Positions 63,671 through 64,000 of a DNA stretch of 64,000 nt are shown piece after piece. The notes beneath the pieces were generated by a model that was given only the letters and a program-made list of their open reading frames with translations, was not told the DNA's origin and made no database searches. The stretch is from Akkermansiaceae bacterium (GTDB taxonomy: Bacteria; Verrucomicrobiota; Verrucomicrobiia; Verrucomicrobiales; Akkermansiaceae), in NCBI GenBank assembly GCA_043758445.1, contig JAYVNM010000166.1:398-64397 (forward strand). Direction: 5' to 3'. A program made the translations under genes and the position numbers. Position 1 is the first letter of the stretch. Each line of letters opens with the position of its first letter.

Positions 63671-63698
63671 ACATCGAACGTCCAACATCGAACGTCGA
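63671..63698. repeat. Tandem 14-nt duplication ACATCGAACGTCCA / ACATCGAACGTCGA, 21-48 nt upstream of the mnmA ATG
   Basis: Read directly; 13/14 identical. Confidence 0.85.
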
Positions 63699-63821
63699 AG
63701 TGTGAGAAATTTCTCCTCCTCTCTCGATTAAGAACGTTCACGGCGGAGCAGGGCAAGGAGGCCGAGGCCACCGATCAATGAGGGGTGCCGGACAAAAAAG
63801 TTAGTGGGTAGGGAATTTTGA

Positions 63822-64000
63822 TCAATTTGACCATCTTGGTGCTTTGCTGTGTTCTTGGGTGAGATGGTTTCGCCGGGTTTTCCAGGCTTCCTCGAAGTGG
63901 GGGCCGAGGATGAGGCAGCGGAGACTCAGTATGTTTTCGGCACCGGGTTCGCTCCAGAACATGCCGGATTGTTTGAGGCGGCGACCGACGGCGGTCTTGC
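63822..64000 (-). mobile_element. 3' end of a transposase-like gene truncated by the window edge
   Basis: The minus-strand frame reads ...RRLKQSGMFWSEPGAENILSLRCLILGPHFEEAWKTRRNHLTQEHSKAPRWSN*. The GMxWSxxGAxxxLxLR...W tail is a pattern I associate with DDE transposase C-termini. The family cannot be assigned by eye. Confidence 0.35.

Overview
64-kb chromosomal window, roughly 58-60% GC by eye. Gene content suggests a PVC-group, Verrucomicrobiota-like bacterium, but that is inference only. All homology calls come from reading the translated ORFs and recalling well-known family sequences and motifs; no database search was run.

Layout:
- 1-10.9 kb: a complete type I-E CRISPR-Cas locus on the minus strand. 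It has an array of at least 24 identical 29-bp repeats that runs off the window edge, an AT-rich leader, then cas2, cas1, cas5e, cas7e, an extra gene, cas6e, cse2, cse1 and cas3.
- 11-44 kb: housekeeping and envelope genes. These include malQ, trpD, a nirA-type assimilatory reductase cluster, panC, an FKBP isomerase, a minor-pseudopilin operon with a giant GspK-like gene, mcsA-mcsB-clpC and ilvE.
- 44-57 kb: the conserved tRNA-Thr / tuf / tRNA-Trp / secE / nusG / rplKAJL / rpoBC block.
- 57.9-64 kb: rnpB, rpmH-rnpA-yidD-yidC, mnmA and a transposase tail at the window edge.

Best candidate for something new: a 280-aa Bro-N/DinD-like gene wedged into the Cascade operon. It starts 4 nt after the cas6e stop and ends 33 nt before the cas7 start. 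The locus also has a non-canonical cas6e position.

Other unusual features of the locus:
- Tandem heptamer tracts that are G-free in the mRNA sense lie in front of cas2 and cas7. A further such tract lies inside a distant FeS/membrane ORF.
- One CRISPR spacer is built from the same heptamer.
- A 13-nt motif is shared, in inverted orientation, by the CRISPR leader and the cas3 upstream region.
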